From Candidatus Eiseniibacteriota bacterium (GTDB taxonomy: Bacteria > Eisenbacteria > RBG-16-71-46 > CAZAMP01), in contig OZ245046.1 of assembly GCA_965224245.1 (NCBI GenBank), forward strand, positions 4,384,001 through 4,448,000: a stretch of 64,000 nucleotides of DNA. Reading direction: 5' to 3'. Every line of letters starts with the position of its first letter. Within the stretch, counting starts at the first letter, position 1. Of this stretch, positions 9,899 to 19,354 are shown one piece after another. The notes under the pieces were generated by a model, which worked only from the letters and a program-made list of their open reading frames with translations, was not told the origin of the DNA and searched no databases. Made by a program: the position numbers and the translations under genes.

Positions 9899-10639
9899 CT
9901 ACTCGCCGTCGGCCGCCGGCACAACGGTCGGGTCGAGTGTCCAGATTCCGCGCCGCGTCTCGCTCTCCAGGGCCTCGGCCAGCAACGCCGTGAACGCCGC
10001 ACGAGAACGCGGCGTGGCGCCGAGGCTGGCCAGGTGCGCCGTCGGCAGCTGGCAGTCGACCAGCGTGAACCCCCACGCGTCGAGCTGCCGGGCCAGCGTG
10101 ACGAATGCCATCTTCGATGCGTCGGCGCGATGCGTGAACATGGACTCTCCGAAGAACGCGCCTCCCAGCGATACGCCGTAGAGCCCGCCGACCAGCTCTC
10201 CCGGGGCATCTCCCGGTGCGCCGGGAGCGGCCGCCCACACCTCGATCGAGTGCGCGAACCCGAGCCGGTGCAGCCGTCCGTAGGCCTCGATCATGTCCGA
10301 GGTGATCCACGTGCCATGCTGGCTCTCGCGTGGCGTGGACGCGCACGCCCGCACCACGCGATCGAACGCGACGTCGGCGGTCATGCGGAACGTCCCGCCG
10401 CGCAGGCGGCGGCGGAGCGACCGGCTGACCCGCGCGCGGCAGGGCGCGAGCACCATGCGCGGGGCCGGCGAGAACCAGAGGATCGGCTCGCCCTCGGAGT
10501 ACCACGGGAAGATGCCGCTGGCGTACGCCAGGAGCAGCCGATCGGGCGACAGATCACCCCCCACGGCCAGGAGGCCGTCGGGCTCGGCGTGCACGGCCGG
10601 CGGAAACACGAGCTCGCTCGTCAGACGGTAGACGGGCAT
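9899..10639 (-). CDS. aat: Leucyl/phenylalanyl-tRNA--protein transferase
   Basis: GLLAVGGDLSPDRLLLAYASGIFPW, LVGGLYGV, FFGESMF, DASK; start taken at MPVYRL. Confidence 0.95.
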   Translation of the reverse strand: MPVYRLTSELVFPPAVHAEPDGLLAVGGDLSPDRLLLAYASGIFPWYSEGEPILWFSPAPRMVLAPCRARVSRSLRRRLRGGTFRMTADVAFDRVVRACASTPRESQHGTWITSDMIEAYGRLHRLGFAHSIEVWAAAPGAPGDAPGELVGGLYGVSLGGAFFGESMFTHRADASKMAFVTLARQLDAWGFTLVDCQLPTAHLASLGATPRSRAAFTALLAEALESETRRGIWTLDPTVVPAADGE

Positions 10640-10965
10640 GTGGATCCTCGACCTCGGTTGAAACGAGCCGTTGCATGCACGGACCCCCGGGCGCGGCTCC
10701 GGTGATCGTGGACGCGATCGAGCCCGACGCCGCGCCCGTGCTCCGCAGCGGGTCCGGGTCGGCGCCCGCCGACCCACTCGCCCCCCGCTCTCGTCCGATG
10801 ATATACTCGGCCGCGTGCGAATGCGCGGCGTGCCTCTCACGTGCATGCGACGCGCGCCGGGATCCGTGCGTTCGCTGGCCGTCTTCCCCCACGGCGCGAC
10901 GACTTTCGCGAGTCGACACACTCACAAAACCGCCACCGGTCGGCCGGCAGCCGGAAGGGTATGTC

Positions 10966-13284
10966 ATGTCTCCACGTCCGCACGCGTGCTTCGCCGTCCG
11001 CCGGCCGTCCCGTCTCCGGGCCGTGCTCCCCGTCCTCGTCACCGGCCTCGCCACGACGCACGCGCTGGCCGGCGCCGGAGATCCGGTGGTCACGGTCCAC
11101 TTTCCGAACGGCGGCGAGTCCCTGAACGGCGGCGACACCACCAACATCGTGTGGACCGCGACCGACGACACGGCGGTGACGCTGGTCAACGTGTACTACC
11201 GTGACGGTGCGGCCGAGGAATGGACCCCCATTGCCCTCGGGCTGGCCGACTCCGGCGCGCTCCCGTGGTCCGTGCACAACACGCCGACCTCCGAGGCACG
11301 CGTGCGCGTGGTCGCCGAGGATCCGTTCGGCAACACGGGCGAGGATCAGAGCGACACCGACTTCACGATCAACGCCCAGACGGGATCTCGCGTGTCGACG
11401 ACGCTTCGCGACTTCGAGCAGCCGGGCACGCAACCGTTCGAGGCGGGCTTTCTGCATCCGAACTCGAACTGTCTCTCGTGCCACAGCGGATACGCCGACC
11501 ACTCCCCTGGAAGCAGCTACCTGGGCTCGATGATGGCCAACGCGGCCCGCGATCCGCTCTTCTACGCGGCGCTCGCCATCGCCGAGCAGGACGCCGCGTC
11601 GTCGGGCGACCTGTGCATCCGCTGTCACTCGCCCTATGCCTGGGTCAACGGCCGCAGCAATCCCACCGACGCCGGTGCGTTCACGACCGAGGATCGCGAG
11701 GGCATCACGTGTCACTTCTGCCACAAGCTCGTCGATCCGGTGTACACGGGCGAGAACCCCGCCGACGACGTCGCGGTGCTGGACGCCCTCGACGAGGTCC
11801 CGACCGAGTTCGGGTCCGGGCGCTACGTCGTCGACCCCGAGGACCGACGCCGCGGCCCGTACTCGAGCGTCTCGCCGCCGCATCAGTGGCGATACTCGCC
11901 GTTCCACAACTCGAGCGACCTCTGCGCGACGTGCCACGACGTCTCCAATCCCGCGTTCGAGCGCGTGGGCCCGATGGACTACGCGCTCGGGAGCATCGAC
12001 GCGCCGCCCGCCGACTTCGGCGCCGGGCACCTGTTCCCGGTCGAGCGCACGTACAGCGAGTGGCTGGCGTCGGACTTCGTGTCCGGTGTGTTCGCGCCCG
12101 AGTTCGCCGGCAACCGTCCCGACGGCATCGTGTCGACCTGTCAGGACTGCCACATGGCCGACGTGCTGGGTAAGGGCTGTGGCTTCGAGTCCGCTCCCGA
12201 GCGCTCGGATCTGGGCGTGCACGACCTGACCGGCGGCAACACGTGGATGCCGCAGGTGATCAAGAAGGCATTCGCGAGCGAGATCGTTCCCGAGTACATG
12301 GACGCCGCCACCCTGCGCGCGCAGGCGATGCTCGAGAAGGCGGCGGTGCTCTCGATCGCCATCACGGCCGAGGCCGATTCGTTCCGCGCGCACGTGACGG
12401 TGACCAACCGCTCCGGTCATCGGCTGCCCACCGGGTACCCCGAGGGACGCCGGATGTGGGTGAATCTCGCCGCGTACGACGGCGTCGGCACCAAGGTGTA
12501 CGAGTCGGGCGCCTACGACGTCGCGACCGCCGAGCTCACGTACGACTCCGACCTGGCCATCTACGAGGCCGAGCTGGGTCTGTCGCCGTCGCTCGCCGCG
12601 TCGCTGGGTCTGCCGGCGGGTCCATCGTTCCATTTCGTGCTCAACGACACGCTCTACAAGGACACGCGCATCCCGCCGCTCGGATTCACGAACGCCGCCT
12701 TCGAGGACTTCGGGATGCCACCGGTCGATCCCGATCACGAGGGTCCCGGCCCTCGGTACGAGGACGGCCAGAACTGGGACACGCCCACCTACGCGCTGCC
12801 GGCCTCCGCCGCCGAGGTGATCGCCACGCTCTACTATCAGACCACGTCCAAGGAATACGTCGAGTTCCTGCGCGACGAGAACGTGACCAGCTCGGCCGGG
12901 TCGGACATGTACGACCTGTGGGTGGCCAATGGTCGCGCGGCCCCCGTCGTGATGGCCGCCGACACGACGTCCACCGACGTCATCGGCGTGCCCGGCCACG
13001 ACGTCGCCGCGGGGATCGGCCTCGACGCGATCGCGAACCCGTTCCGGGGTCCTCTGGCGCTCCGGCTGGATCTCGCCGCGAGCGCCGACGTCTCGCTCGA
13101 GGTGTACGACGTTCACGGCCGGCGGATCGCGAGGGAGCGCTTCGGCGAGATCGGCGGCGGCGCGCACCGTCTGGTCTGGGACGGCACGACCGCCGGCGGA
13201 CACGACGCCGGCCCCGGCGTGTACTTCGCGCGTGTCCGCGTCGGTGACCGCGTTCTCTCCCGGCGAGCCGTGCGACTCGACTGA
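10966..13284 (+). CDS. Secreted multiheme c-type cytochrome (5 CxxCH) with N-terminal Ig-like and C-terminal FlgD-Ig/T9SS-like domain
   Basis: CLSCH, CIRCH, CHFCH, CATCH, CQDCH; GHRLPTGYPEGRRMW; PNGGE Ig motif; NPFRG...VYDVHGRR...WDG...PGVYF. Confidence 0.88.
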   Translation: MSPRPHACFAVRRPSRLRAVLPVLVTGLATTHALAGAGDPVVTVHFPNGGESLNGGDTTNIVWTATDDTAVTLVNVYYRDGAAEEWTPIALGLADSGALPWSVHNTPTSEARVRVVAEDPFGNTGEDQSDTDFTINAQTGSRVSTTLRDFEQPGTQPFEAGFLHPNSNCLSCHSGYADHSPGSSYLGSMMANAARDPLFYAALAIAEQDAASSGDLCIRCHSPYAWVNGRSNPTDAGAFTTEDREGITCHFCHKLVDPVYTGENPADDVAVLDALDEVPTEFGSGRYVVDPEDRRRGPYSSVSPPHQWRYSPFHNSSDLCATCHDVSNPAFERVGPMDYALGSIDAPPADFGAGHLFPVERTYSEWLASDFVSGVFAPEFAGNRPDGIVSTCQDCHMADVLGKGCGFESAPERSDLGVHDLTGGNTWMPQVIKKAFASEIVPEYMDAATLRAQAMLEKAAVLSIAITAEADSFRAHVTVTNRSGHRLPTGYPEGRRMWVNLAAYDGVGTKVYESGAYDVATAELTYDSDLAIYEAELGLSPSLAASLGLPAGPSFHFVLNDTLYKDTRIPPLGFTNAAFEDFGMPPVDPDHEGPGPRYEDGQNWDTPTYALPASAAEVIATLYYQTTSKEYVEFLRDENVTSSAGSDMYDLWVANGRAAPVVMAADTTSTDVIGVPGHDVAAGIGLDAIANPFRGPLALRLDLAASADVSLEVYDVHGRRIARERFGEIGGGAHRLVWDGTTAGGHDAGPGVYFARVRVGDRVLSRRAVRLD

Positions 13285-13480
13285 GGCGTCCCCCATCTCG
13301 TCTCACGGCGCCGGGCGTCCCTCGTGAAGGCGTGTACCGGCGTCGTCGTATTCGACTCCTTCGTCGTCTCTGGTCATTCGATGCTGTTCTCGGGGCGCCG
13401 GCGATGTGACCATCGTGCGCGGGCATGAGTCCAAGCTCCCGCCATTGCGGATCTCGTCGGCTCCGAGAAAGGAACGTCAC

Positions 13481-14308
13481 ATGGACGGAGACAACGTTCA
13501 GCAGGCACTCGACGCGGTGATTCCGGTGGTGACCCACTACGGTCTTCAGATCATCGGGGCGGTGCTGATCCTGATCGTGGGACGGATCGCCGCGAGCGGG
13601 GTCGGCTCCTTCGTCGACCGGGCACTCGTCCGGGCCAAGGTCGACGACTCGCTCCGGAAGTTCCTGGTGAGTCTGGTCCGGATCGCCGTCATCGCGTTCG
13701 CCGTGATCGCGGCACTCGCGAAGTTCGGCGTACAGACGACGTCGTTCGTCGCGGTCCTCGGAGCCGCCGGCTTCGCGATCGGCTTCGCGCTCCAGGGTTC
13801 GCTCGGGAACTTCGCGTCCGGCGTCATGCTCCTGATCTTCCGCCCCATCAAGGTCGGTGATCTGATCGAGGCCGCCGGCTACCTGGGCGTCGTGGAAGAG
13901 GTCGGCCTCTTCGTGACCACGATCAACACGCTCGACAACCAGCGCGTGATCATCCCCAACAGCACCCTCACGCGCGGTGTCATCAACAACGTCAACGGAA
14001 ACGGGCTGCGTCGCGTGGACATGACCGCGGGCATCTCGTACGCCGACGACATGGACAAGGCCAAGACGCTGTGCATGGAGGTTCTCCGGTCGCATCCGAA
14101 AGTGCTGGCCGATCCGGAGCCGACGGTCGCGGTGTTCGAGATGGCCGACTCCTCGGTGAATCTCGTGGTCCGACCCTGGTGCAACGGCGACGACTACTGG
14201 ACCGTCTGGTTCGAGTGCACGCAGCGGGTGAAGGAGGCGTTCGACGCCAACGGGATCACGATCCCGTTCCCGCAGCGGGACGTTCACCTTTTGCAGCCCA
14301 GGACCTGA
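13481..14308 (+). CDS. mscS: Small-conductance mechanosensitive channel
   Basis: GAAGFAIGFALQGSLGNFASG, IPNS, IPFPQRDVH; RBS AAAGGA. Confidence 0.95.
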   Translation: MDGDNVQQALDAVIPVVTHYGLQIIGAVLILIVGRIAASGVGSFVDRALVRAKVDDSLRKFLVSLVRIAVIAFAVIAALAKFGVQTTSFVAVLGAAGFAIGFALQGSLGNFASGVMLLIFRPIKVGDLIEAAGYLGVVEEVGLFVTTINTLDNQRVIIPNSTLTRGVINNVNGNGLRRVDMTAGISYADDMDKAKTLCMEVLRSHPKVLADPEPTVAVFEMADSSVNLVVRPWCNGDDYWTVWFECTQRVKEAFDANGITIPFPQRDVHLLQPRT

Positions 14309-14428
14309 CTCGGGTCGCGTCGTTGCGCCGGCGCGGCCTCGATCGCTCGACTCGCGCTCGACGGCGAGGGACCCGCTGACGGGTTCCTGCCGTTGTCGCC
14401 GGCCCCGCGCGACGGGTAGACTCGCGCC

Positions 14429-15010
14429 ATGTCGCGAACGCTGCTTCTCGCCTCGACGTCCCGCTATCGGCGGGAGCTCATGGACCGACTCGGCGTCGCC
14501 TACCAGGCGATCGCCCCGAGCTACGTGGAGGCGCCGATGCCCGGAAGCGCCCCCGACGTCGTCACGTCGCACCATGCGCTCGAGAAGGCCCTCAGCGTCG
14601 CACGGGAGCACCCCGACGCGTACGTGATCGGGTCGGATCAGGTCGCGTACTTCGAGGGAGAGGCGCTGGGAAAGCCCGGCACCCCGGAGCGGGCTCGAGC
14701 CCAGCTCCGGCGCCTGAGCGGGCGCGAGCACGTGCTCGTCACGTCGGTGGCTCTCGTTCGTCTCTCCGACGGACACACGCGGACGCACGTCGATCAGACG
14801 ACGATCGGGATTCGTCCGCTCGACGACGCGGAGATCGCACGGTACGTGGAGCGCGACGACCCGAGCGACTGCACCGGCTCGTACAAGTCCGAGGGGCTCG
14901 GGGTCACGCTGCTCGACCATCAGACGGGGCGTGATCCGTCCGCCGTGGTCGGGCTGCCGTTGATGGCGGTGGCGTCGATGCTGCGCGAGGTCGGCTTCGA
15001 CGTGCCGTGA
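14429..15010 (+). CDS. maf: Maf-family nucleoside triphosphate pyrophosphatase (YceF-like)
   Basis: LASTSRYRRELM, IGSDQV, GKPGT, GSYKSEGLG, VGLPL. Confidence 0.92.
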   Translation: MSRTLLLASTSRYRRELMDRLGVAYQAIAPSYVEAPMPGSAPDVVTSHHALEKALSVAREHPDAYVIGSDQVAYFEGEALGKPGTPERARAQLRRLSGREHVLVTSVALVRLSDGHTRTHVDQTTIGIRPLDDAEIARYVERDDPSDCTGSYKSEGLGVTLLDHQTGRDPSAVVGLPLMAVASMLREVGFDVP

Positions 15011-15043
15011 GGCCGCGCCCCGGGCCTCGACGGCTCGCGGACC

Positions 15044-15847
15044 CTATGCGAGCAGCGACGGGATCGACGCGACCGACTTCACGACGGCATCGGGCGTGAC
15101 GCACGCCTCCGTCGCGTCGCCGGGACGGAACTTCCCGGTCCGCACGAGGACGCCGCGCATGCCGGCCGCCTGCGCCCCCCCGACGTCCGAGACGACGTCG
15201 TCACCGACCATCACCGCCTCGGTCGCCTCGACCCCGGCGTCGGCCAGGGCAAGGCGAAAGAAGTCCTCCGACGGCTTCCCCAGGACGAGTGCGCGTGTGC
15301 CCGTGGCGTACTCCAGCGCGGCGACGAAGGCACCGATGTCGATGCGAGGACCGTCGGGCTCCTGCCAGTAGCGACCCTTGTGGAGCGCGACCACCTCGGC
15401 ACCATCGAGAACGGTCCGGAACAGCTCGTTGATCAGGTCGTAGGTCCACGATCCTCCGATGTCGCCGATCACGACGACGTCCGCCGGCGATCGCGGCGTC
15501 GCGACGATCGCGCCGGCGAACTCCGATTGCACGTCGTCGGCCACCACGAGTCGGACCCGATCGCCCGATCTCGCCGACACGTGGAGCACGCCGGCGGACA
15601 GCGCGCTCAGGACCTCGTGTGGCTCGATCGACAGCCCCAGCGAGCGTAGCCGTCGGTGCAGGCCTTCTCGGCTCACGCGCGTGGTGTTCGTGACGAAGCG
15701 AAGCGTCAGGCCGCGGTCCCGGAGCGAGGCGATCGTCTCGTTGCCGCCCGGGACGAGCGCATCCCCGACGTAGAACACTCCGTCCAGATCGAAGAAGACG
15801 GCGCGGACGTTCGAGAGGGAAGCCGTCGCGTCAGGCATGGGGCTCAT
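15044..15847 (-). CDS. HAD subfamily IIA hydrolase (LHPP/TIGR01458-like)
   Basis: FDLDGV, VTNTT, GKPSEDFF, MVGDDVVSDVGGAQAAG, VRTGKFR. Confidence 0.92.
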   Translation of the reverse strand: MSPMPDATASLSNVRAVFFDLDGVFYVGDALVPGGNETIASLRDRGLTLRFVTNTTRVSREGLHRRLRSLGLSIEPHEVLSALSAGVLHVSARSGDRVRLVVADDVQSEFAGAIVATPRSPADVVVIGDIGGSWTYDLINELFRTVLDGAEVVALHKGRYWQEPDGPRIDIGAFVAALEYATGTRALVLGKPSEDFFRLALADAGVEATEAVMVGDDVVSDVGGAQAAGMRGVLVRTGKFRPGDATEACVTPDAVVKSVASIPSLLA

Positions 15848-15909
15848 CCACGTAGCAGGTCGACCTCAGTCCATCCTCCCGAGCTCGCCGGCTCCGGGAG
15901 TCGAGTGCG

Positions 15910-17541
15910 CTATTGCCCCGGTGCGTTGTCGGAGTCCTCCGCCCTCCTGCTGGACGGAACGAAGGCGAGGACGAGCCGCGCCAGGGCAAATCCGATGACG
16001 AAACCCACGACGCCACCCTGGGCTCCACCGGGCACCGCACCGCCCGTCGTCCAGTTCAGAACGACGAACACACCTCCGCCCACGAAACCGGCGGCCATCG
16101 CGATCTTGTTCTTGTCGATCGACTCCCGTCGAGCCGTCTCGATGACCGGACTTTCGCTCCTCTCGGCGCTACCCAGGAGCCCGTACTGCCTCCCCACACG
16201 GAGCGCCAGTACCAGCCAGATGACGACGAGGATGACGTTGAAGATCGCGAATCCCCGCGTCCCGAGCCCCAGAAACGTCGTGCCCAGAAACACCGTGAGG
16301 GCCTGGAGCGCGTCCCCGGCCCGCACGAAGATCGTGTCGATCGCCTGCTTGGCCATGTACTTCTGCTCACGCGTGGTGGGCAGGAAGAGGACGCCCCTGA
16401 GCGTGTTCTGAAGCGAGTAGTCGGTCGCGTTCTCGGCCGTCTTGATCCACCGGACGTAGGCCAGCACCGGGACCACCGCCGCCATCAGGTAGCCGCCGAG
16501 TGCGATGACGGGGAGGATCATCAACGCCACGCGGACGCCGAGGTACTTGAGTACGCGCGAGACGAGGAACAGCTGGATGACCACGCCGGCGATGTTCACC
16601 CACTTGAAGAACCCCGAGTAGAAGCGTCCGATCCACTCCCCCTGGGAGAGCCCGCCTGCGGTCCCGTCCGCGACCGCGGCCGAGGCGGCGTCGGACACGA
16701 GGCGACTCAGGATGTACTCACCGGTGGTGTTGACCCAGTTCAGCACCAGGATCAGAAGCGCGATCATCAGAAGGTACCGCTCGCCGATCACGAGCTGGAA
16801 CGCGCGCAGCGGTCCCCCGGTCGTGATCGGCTCGTCCTCCCGGGTGGCGACCGTTCCCGTGCCCTCGCGGCGGCGCTCGCGCGCGTCCACGACGTTCGTG
16901 ATCCCCATCGCGATCGTCAGGAGCACCGCCGACAGGATCAGGAGCTGGTAGACGTTCAGCGGCGCGACGGCGACGCCGGCCAGCGGCACCGTGAACCCGT
17001 CCAGGAGCTTCTCGGTGATCGCGCTTCCCAGGACGGCGCCGATGGACGCGCCGAAACCCACGATGGCGAACAGGCGCTTTCCCTGATCCTCGGTGTAGAC
17101 GTCGTTCGCGAAGGCCCAGAACTGCGCGATGACCATCAGGTTGAAGATGCCGACCCAGAGGTAGAACACGACGCCGAGCGGCAGCCCGGTCCGCGACAGC
17201 ACGAAAAACGCGACCAGACACGCGGCGAAGAAGACCGTGACCACGTTGATGAGGCGCCGGCGGGACATCTTCCGCGCCAGCATGCCGTACAACGGAACCA
17301 CCACGAGCAGGAGCAATCCCTGGAAGAAGGACATGTACGCCTTCAGCTCGGGGCCGCCCTCGGTCGCGAGGATCAGCGCCTCGCGCACGGGCTTGATGAT
17401 GTAGTAGCACGTCAGCAGCAGGAAGACGTTCAGCATCAAGAGCAGCGCCGTCCCGGGCTCGCCCGGGCGCACGTCCGCGAAGAGGCTCAGGAATCGCTCG
17501 AGGGGACCCTTGCGACCGGCGTGCGCGCTGTCGGACGTCAT
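15910..17541 (-). CDS. NTT/Tlc (AAA family) ATP/ADP or nucleotide translocase, MFS fold
   Basis: YYIIKPVREAL, FWAFANDVY..QGKRLF, DYSLQNT, KYMAKQAIDTIFVRAGD motifs; about 12 TM plus two extra C-terminal hydrophobic segments. Confidence 0.88.
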   Translation of the reverse strand: MTSDSAHAGRKGPLERFLSLFADVRPGEPGTALLLMLNVFLLLTCYYIIKPVREALILATEGGPELKAYMSFFQGLLLLVVVPLYGMLARKMSRRRLINVVTVFFAACLVAFFVLSRTGLPLGVVFYLWVGIFNLMVIAQFWAFANDVYTEDQGKRLFAIVGFGASIGAVLGSAITEKLLDGFTVPLAGVAVAPLNVYQLLILSAVLLTIAMGITNVVDARERRREGTGTVATREDEPITTGGPLRAFQLVIGERYLLMIALLILVLNWVNTTGEYILSRLVSDAASAAVADGTAGGLSQGEWIGRFYSGFFKWVNIAGVVIQLFLVSRVLKYLGVRVALMILPVIALGGYLMAAVVPVLAYVRWIKTAENATDYSLQNTLRGVLFLPTTREQKYMAKQAIDTIFVRAGDALQALTVFLGTTFLGLGTRGFAIFNVILVVIWLVLALRVGRQYGLLGSAERSESPVIETARRESIDKNKIAMAAGFVGGGVFVVLNWTTGGAVPGGAQGGVVGFVIGFALARLVLAFVPSSRRAEDSDNAPGQ

Positions 17542-17563
17542 GCGTGCTCCCTTCCGAGGGACG

Positions 17564-19354
17564 TCAGCGATCGATGGCGACCACTCGGCCCGACGCGCGC
17601 GAGACGTAGGCGACGACCGATCCGCTCCAGCCGTCGCCGCGGTCCACCTGGTAGTCGAGGGCCACGAACGGACGGTCGTCGGCCGGAGCGGCGTCGATGG
17701 CGTGTCCGATGCGCGGGTCGGCGAGGTCCACCCTCAGCTCGGAGAGATCGAACCAGCGCGACCACGACGCCGCGTTGCGGTCGGCGTTCACGGCCGCCAC
17801 CCGGACGCGGTACCGCGTGGTCTCGCCGTCCGCGAGGCCACGTTCGACGGCGAGGTCGTGTCCGACCACCTCCGAGCCGTGAACCTGGAAGAACTCGAGC
17901 GGGGGGATCTTCGCGAACCAGGTGCGCGCGATCGCGTCTCGCCGCTCTCCGATCACCCGAGCCAGGTACCGGGTGGCCTCGGGATTCTGGTAGTGGGCCT
18001 CGCGGCACGCGGCCATGATGTGCGCGTCGGTGAAGGCCGAGATGATCTTGGCCGCCCAGTACGCGTCGTCCGTGGTCTGGTTTGCGAACGCGGGATTGGG
18101 CTGCAGCGGCTTGTACTCGCGCGGGTCGTACGGATCGCTCACGTACGCGCCCACCTCGGCGAGCCCCTCCGGTGGATGCACGCGCCGCCAGGCGTCCTCG
18201 TGGATGCCCAGAGCGAGGATCCGTCCGCCGACGGGCATCACGTCAACTGTGTACTCGTAGCCCCAGCGCTGGGTCGGGCCGTGCGCGCCCGTCCCCAGGG
18301 TGCTGGCGAAGTCGATCAGATGGTGCCGGATGAACCGACGCCCATCCTCCTCGACGAGCATGTCGAGCGAGTTGTGCTGCTTGGTGTCGAAGTGCGCGAT
18401 CCACGCCGCGAACGTGTAGAGGCCCCGGAGCTCCCGGCGATGCTCGTGATCGATGCGATCGTTGGGGTCGTCATCGCGCCGACCGATGTAGTCGAACGGA
18501 CCCACCGGTCGGCCGTCCAGGAACTTGCTGGCGATGGCGCGCCAGGAACCTCCGTCGCTGTGCACGTCGGCCAGGATGGCGTCGATGTCGGCCACCGTCA
18601 TCGGTCGCTTCTTGCCGTCCTTCTCGCTGATCTTCACGTCGTCACCGAGGCGCAGCTGATCCCGCCGGAAGTACACGATGTTGTCGTCGGGGACGAAGTA
18701 ACCCGCGGCGTACAGGAGACGCGCCGAGATCACGCCCGCGCCGCTCGCCATCGACGGATGGTCGGGGGGATCGAACTTGATCAGATACAGCTCGCCGTTC
18801 CCGTCGCGGACCGTGAAGCCCGGCGTGACACCCTCGGTCTTCGCGCGCACGATCGTCCACGGCTCATGGGTCGATGGACCCCGCGAGCCGTCCCCGGGGC
18901 CGGCGGCGACCTCCTCGGGCGTCATCGGGAACAGTCCGATGCGATTGGTGAACCAGGACGAGTTCGGGACCTCGTCGAGCGCGTTCACGTTCGCCGCGTG
19001 GGGCACGTGGTCCCCGCCGAACAGCACGCCGACGTGACGGATCAGGCGGCTCGGCTTCGTCCACCGCCCGAACGGGCGCACGACCGATTCTCGAGGACCA
19101 TCCCAAAGAAGATTGGGCTCGCGCTCCTCGGGCGGCTCGATGTCGTGACGATCGTCGTCGTACCAGACGATCGGCGCGTCCACGAGCGGGGCCTCGGCGC
19201 GAGCGACCCGAGACTCGAGAACAACGACCGTGCCCGCCACGGCCAGTGCGAGTACCGATGCGGCGCCGGCGCCGCTTGCCCCCGCCAGAGCGGCCCTCAC
19301 CGCCCGCCCCGCGCGCCGCGCCGCGTCAGCGCGACGGGACCGGATTGCGACCAT
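17564..19354 (-). CDS. Exported hypothetical protein with atypical kinase-like motifs
   Basis: N-terminal basic/hydrophobic leader ending ARA-EA; AKTEGVTPGF (Gly-rich), YLIKFD (Lys), HFDTKQHNSL (catalytic-loop-like), LIDFASTLG (DFG-like). Confidence 0.7.
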   Translation of the reverse strand: MVAIRSRRADAARRAGRAVRAALAGASGAGAASVLALAVAGTVVVLESRVARAEAPLVDAPIVWYDDDRHDIEPPEEREPNLLWDGPRESVVRPFGRWTKPSRLIRHVGVLFGGDHVPHAANVNALDEVPNSSWFTNRIGLFPMTPEEVAAGPGDGSRGPSTHEPWTIVRAKTEGVTPGFTVRDGNGELYLIKFDPPDHPSMASGAGVISARLLYAAGYFVPDDNIVYFRRDQLRLGDDVKISEKDGKKRPMTVADIDAILADVHSDGGSWRAIASKFLDGRPVGPFDYIGRRDDDPNDRIDHEHRRELRGLYTFAAWIAHFDTKQHNSLDMLVEEDGRRFIRHHLIDFASTLGTGAHGPTQRWGYEYTVDVMPVGGRILALGIHEDAWRRVHPPEGLAEVGAYVSDPYDPREYKPLQPNPAFANQTTDDAYWAAKIISAFTDAHIMAACREAHYQNPEATRYLARVIGERRDAIARTWFAKIPPLEFFQVHGSEVVGHDLAVERGLADGETTRYRVRVAAVNADRNAASWSRWFDLSELRVDLADPRIGHAIDAAPADDRPFVALDYQVDRGDGWSGSVVAYVSRASGRVVAIDR

